Shown here: positions 61,331-64,000 of the stretch, piece by piece
Numbering within the stretch: position 1 is the stretch's first letter
How the letters are laid out: every line of letters starts with the position of its first letter
Assembly (NCBI RefSeq): GCF_004010195.1
Contig: NC_057725.1
Location: 57,854,218 to 57,918,217, forward strand
From: Chiloscyllium plagiosum
Taxonomy: Eukaryota
Direction of reading: 5' to 3'
DNA: 64,000 nt
The notes under the pieces: generated by a model
Told to the model about the DNA's origin: nothing
Databases searched by the model: none
Seen by the model: the letters and a program-made list of their open reading frames with translations, nothing else
Program-made: the position numbers and the translations under genes

Positions 61331-62664
61331 GCTGCTTCAGATTCAACACTTATTGCAAACACAAGGCTTTATAAGTTGACAATGTTTTGGACTCATGGTA
61401 TAGGGGAGGAATGAAGCACATTATGTGTTCTGCTTCCAACAACAAGCCCCTGTGGTTTGGTTACCGTGGGACAAAAGGACTGAGGTGCGAGGCAATGAAA
61501 ATTCATGCATCAGATCCTATATTGGAAAGAAATGGAATAGCAGCTGTTCTAATTGTAGCCATTCGGGTTATGAACAGAGAGAGATGGGAGGCTCTTACAG
61601 AGACAAAGACTGCAGTTGTTTGCAAAAATGAGAAGGCTGCAATCCTTTGCCAGCTATGAGGCTGAATGTGGGAGACATGATGGTCCCTGATTGAAGAGAT
61701 ATCCTACGGCATTATAAAGGCGAAGCTAGGAGAAGAAGGGCCTTATTGCTGGTGATCAGTTTGAAAATCTTCCAAAAACAGAATGCGTTTTAGTGACCTC
61801 TTCACATTTTGACTTGTGAGACATGAACCATTTGGAAACTCGAGTGACTATGGATTATTTCCTATGATGATTTTAATCACAGGGAAGCATGCTGTAATGC
61901 AAGTGCCAGTAGAATGGGTGCAATGGTCATATTAAAAAGGGTCACTTTTCTGTAATTTAAGTTGATAGCTGACTTTTGGGTGATGCTTAGCTGTTTTAGT
62001 CTGTTTGCTATAGAAAAATTCTTTACTTTGCAAATCATGTGCAGTTCTTTCAAGCTGATCATTGGGAATTCAAGTCTCTTTTTACAGGCCATTGGTTCCC
62101 ATTTGGATTGTAACTTACTGATTTGTGGGTACTACTTCCAATTTAGTAAACCTGTGCTCCTCACAGAATGGTTTCTTCCATAATGGGGAGACAACACAGA
62201 CTGTGGGACTGATTTGCGGACCACCTGCCTTGACACTGCAAGCTTCCAATCACTTGTCATTTTAATTCTCCATCTCAGTCGAACATTGATGGCTCTGTTA
62301 TCAGTTTCCCAGTGTGTTCTAATGAATTTCAATATAAGTTTGAGGAACTGTCTCTTATCTTTCAGTTCAGACACCTTACTGCCTGACAGACTCAGAGCTG
62401 AGATTGACAATTCAGATCATAACATCTGCCTCCATTTTTGCAGGTGGCAACTGTTGGCATTGACTCTGCTATTTCCCCATTCATATTCCCTTTGATCATC
62501 TTTGTCACTTTATTTGTCCCAATACAATCACATTTTGTCTCACACCATCACCTCTTTTATCATTTAATCTCTCCTGCTTGCTACGCAGTTGTAGACCCTC
62601 CTTCTTTGTCCCCTATACCCAGCCATATTTTATCTCTGTTTCTTTCCACTTATGGCAAATGATC

Positions 62665-63198
62665 ACTGATTAGCACTGCTGCCTCACAATGCCAGGGACT
62701 TGGGTTCGATTCAGCCTCAGGTGACTATCTGCATGGAGTTTGCACACTCCCCCCCCATATATGTGTGGATTTCCTCTGGGTGCTCCGGTTTCTTCCCACA
62801 GTCCAAAGATGTGCAGGTTAGGTGGATTGGCCATAGATTTCAGGGATGTCATAGAGTCATAGAATCACAGAGATGTACAGCAAGGAAACAGACCCTTTGG
62901 TCCAACCGGTCCATGCCGACCAGGTATCCCAGCCCAAGGGCAACCTTTTTACGCAGAGGGTGGTACGTGTATGGAATGATCTGCCAGAGGAAGTGGTGGA
63001 GGCAAGTACAATAGCAACATTTAAAAGGCATCTGGATGGGTATATGAATAGAGTCATAGAGATGTACAGCATGGAAACAGACTATCTGCATGGAGTTTGC
63101 ACATTCTCCCCGTATCTGCGTGGGTTTCCTCTGGGTGCTCCGGTTTCCTCTCGCAGTCCAAAGATGTTTGGTGAATTGGCCATTGTGTTCAGGAATGT
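62665..63198 (+). mobile_element. Rearranged HE1/HER1 cluster (HE1 parts at about 62665-62835 and 63080-63185)
   Basis: Two HE1 bodies share GACTATCTGCATGGAG and are separated by HER1 tail pieces in both orientations. Confidence 0.8.
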
Positions 63199-64000
63199 CA
63201 TAGAGTCATAGAATCAGAGAGATGTATAGCATGGAAACAGACCCTTCGGTCCAACCCGGCCATGCTGACCAGATATCCCAACCCTATCTAGTCCCACCTG
63301 CCAGCACCCGGCCCATATCCCTCCAAACCCTTACTATTCATATACCCATCCAAATGCCTTTTAAATGTTGCAATTGTAACAGCCTCCACCACTTCCTCTG
63401 GCAGCTCATTCCATACACGCACCACCCTCTGTGTGAAAAAGTTGCCCCTTAGATCTCTTATGTCTTTCCCCTCTCACCCTAAACCTATGCCCTCTAGTTC
63501 TGGACTCCCCCACCCCAGGGAAAAGACTTTGTCTATTTATTCTATCTATACCCCTCATCATTTTGTAAACCTCTATATGGTCACCTCGCAGCCTCCGACA
63601 CTCCAGGGAAAACAGCCCCAGCCTGTTCAGCCTCTCTCTGTAGCTCAAATCCTCCAACCCTGGCAACATCCTTGTAAATCTTTTCTGAACCCTTTCAAGT
63701 TTCACAACATCTTTCCGATAGGAAGGAGACCAGAATTGCATGCAATATTCCAACAGTGGCCTAACCAATGTTCTGTACAGCCGCACATGACCTCCCAACT
63801 CCTGTACTCAATACTCTGACCAATAAAGGAAAGCATACCAAACACCTTCTTCACTATCCGATCTACCTGCTACTCCACTTTCAAGGAGCTATGAACCTGC
63901 ACTCCAAGGTCTCTTTGTTCAGCAACATCTCCCTAGGACCTTACCATTAGGTGTATAAGCCCTGCTAAGATTTGCTTTTCCAAAATGCAGCACCTCACAT
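63199..64000 (-). mobile_element. HER1/CR1 LINE 3' portion, running off the window end
   Basis: LYRTLVRPLLEYCMQFWSPSYRKDVVKLERVQKRFTRMLPGLEDLSYRERLNRLGLFSLE. Confidence 0.92.

Overview
This is eukaryotic, repeat-dense, non-genic (intronic or intergenic) DNA from a cartilaginous fish. HE1-type V-SINEs, HER1/CR1 LINE tails and Deu-domain SINE relics point to a shark, probably a carpet or bamboo shark; the species is inferred. I found no convincing host-gene exon. Contents: one near full-length L1 LINE on the minus strand (intact ORF1, frameshifted ORF2, 12-bp TSD at a TTTT/AAAA site), a decayed Rex1/Babar LINE, many 5'-truncated CR1/HER1 LINEs, about 8 HE1 SINE copies or fragments, a Harbinger Myb/SANT relic and a probable solo LTR. 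There are also about 18 Penelope-like element (PLE) fragments from at least four families. The most notable signal is in the PLE terminal repeats, which carry minimal hammerhead-ribozyme motifs (CUGANGA-stemII-GAAA-palindrome-UH). Many occur as 200-bp asymmetric inverted-repeat insertions with 11-17-bp target-site duplications and no coding sequence. All coordinates were read by eye, and boundaries of old repeats are approximate.
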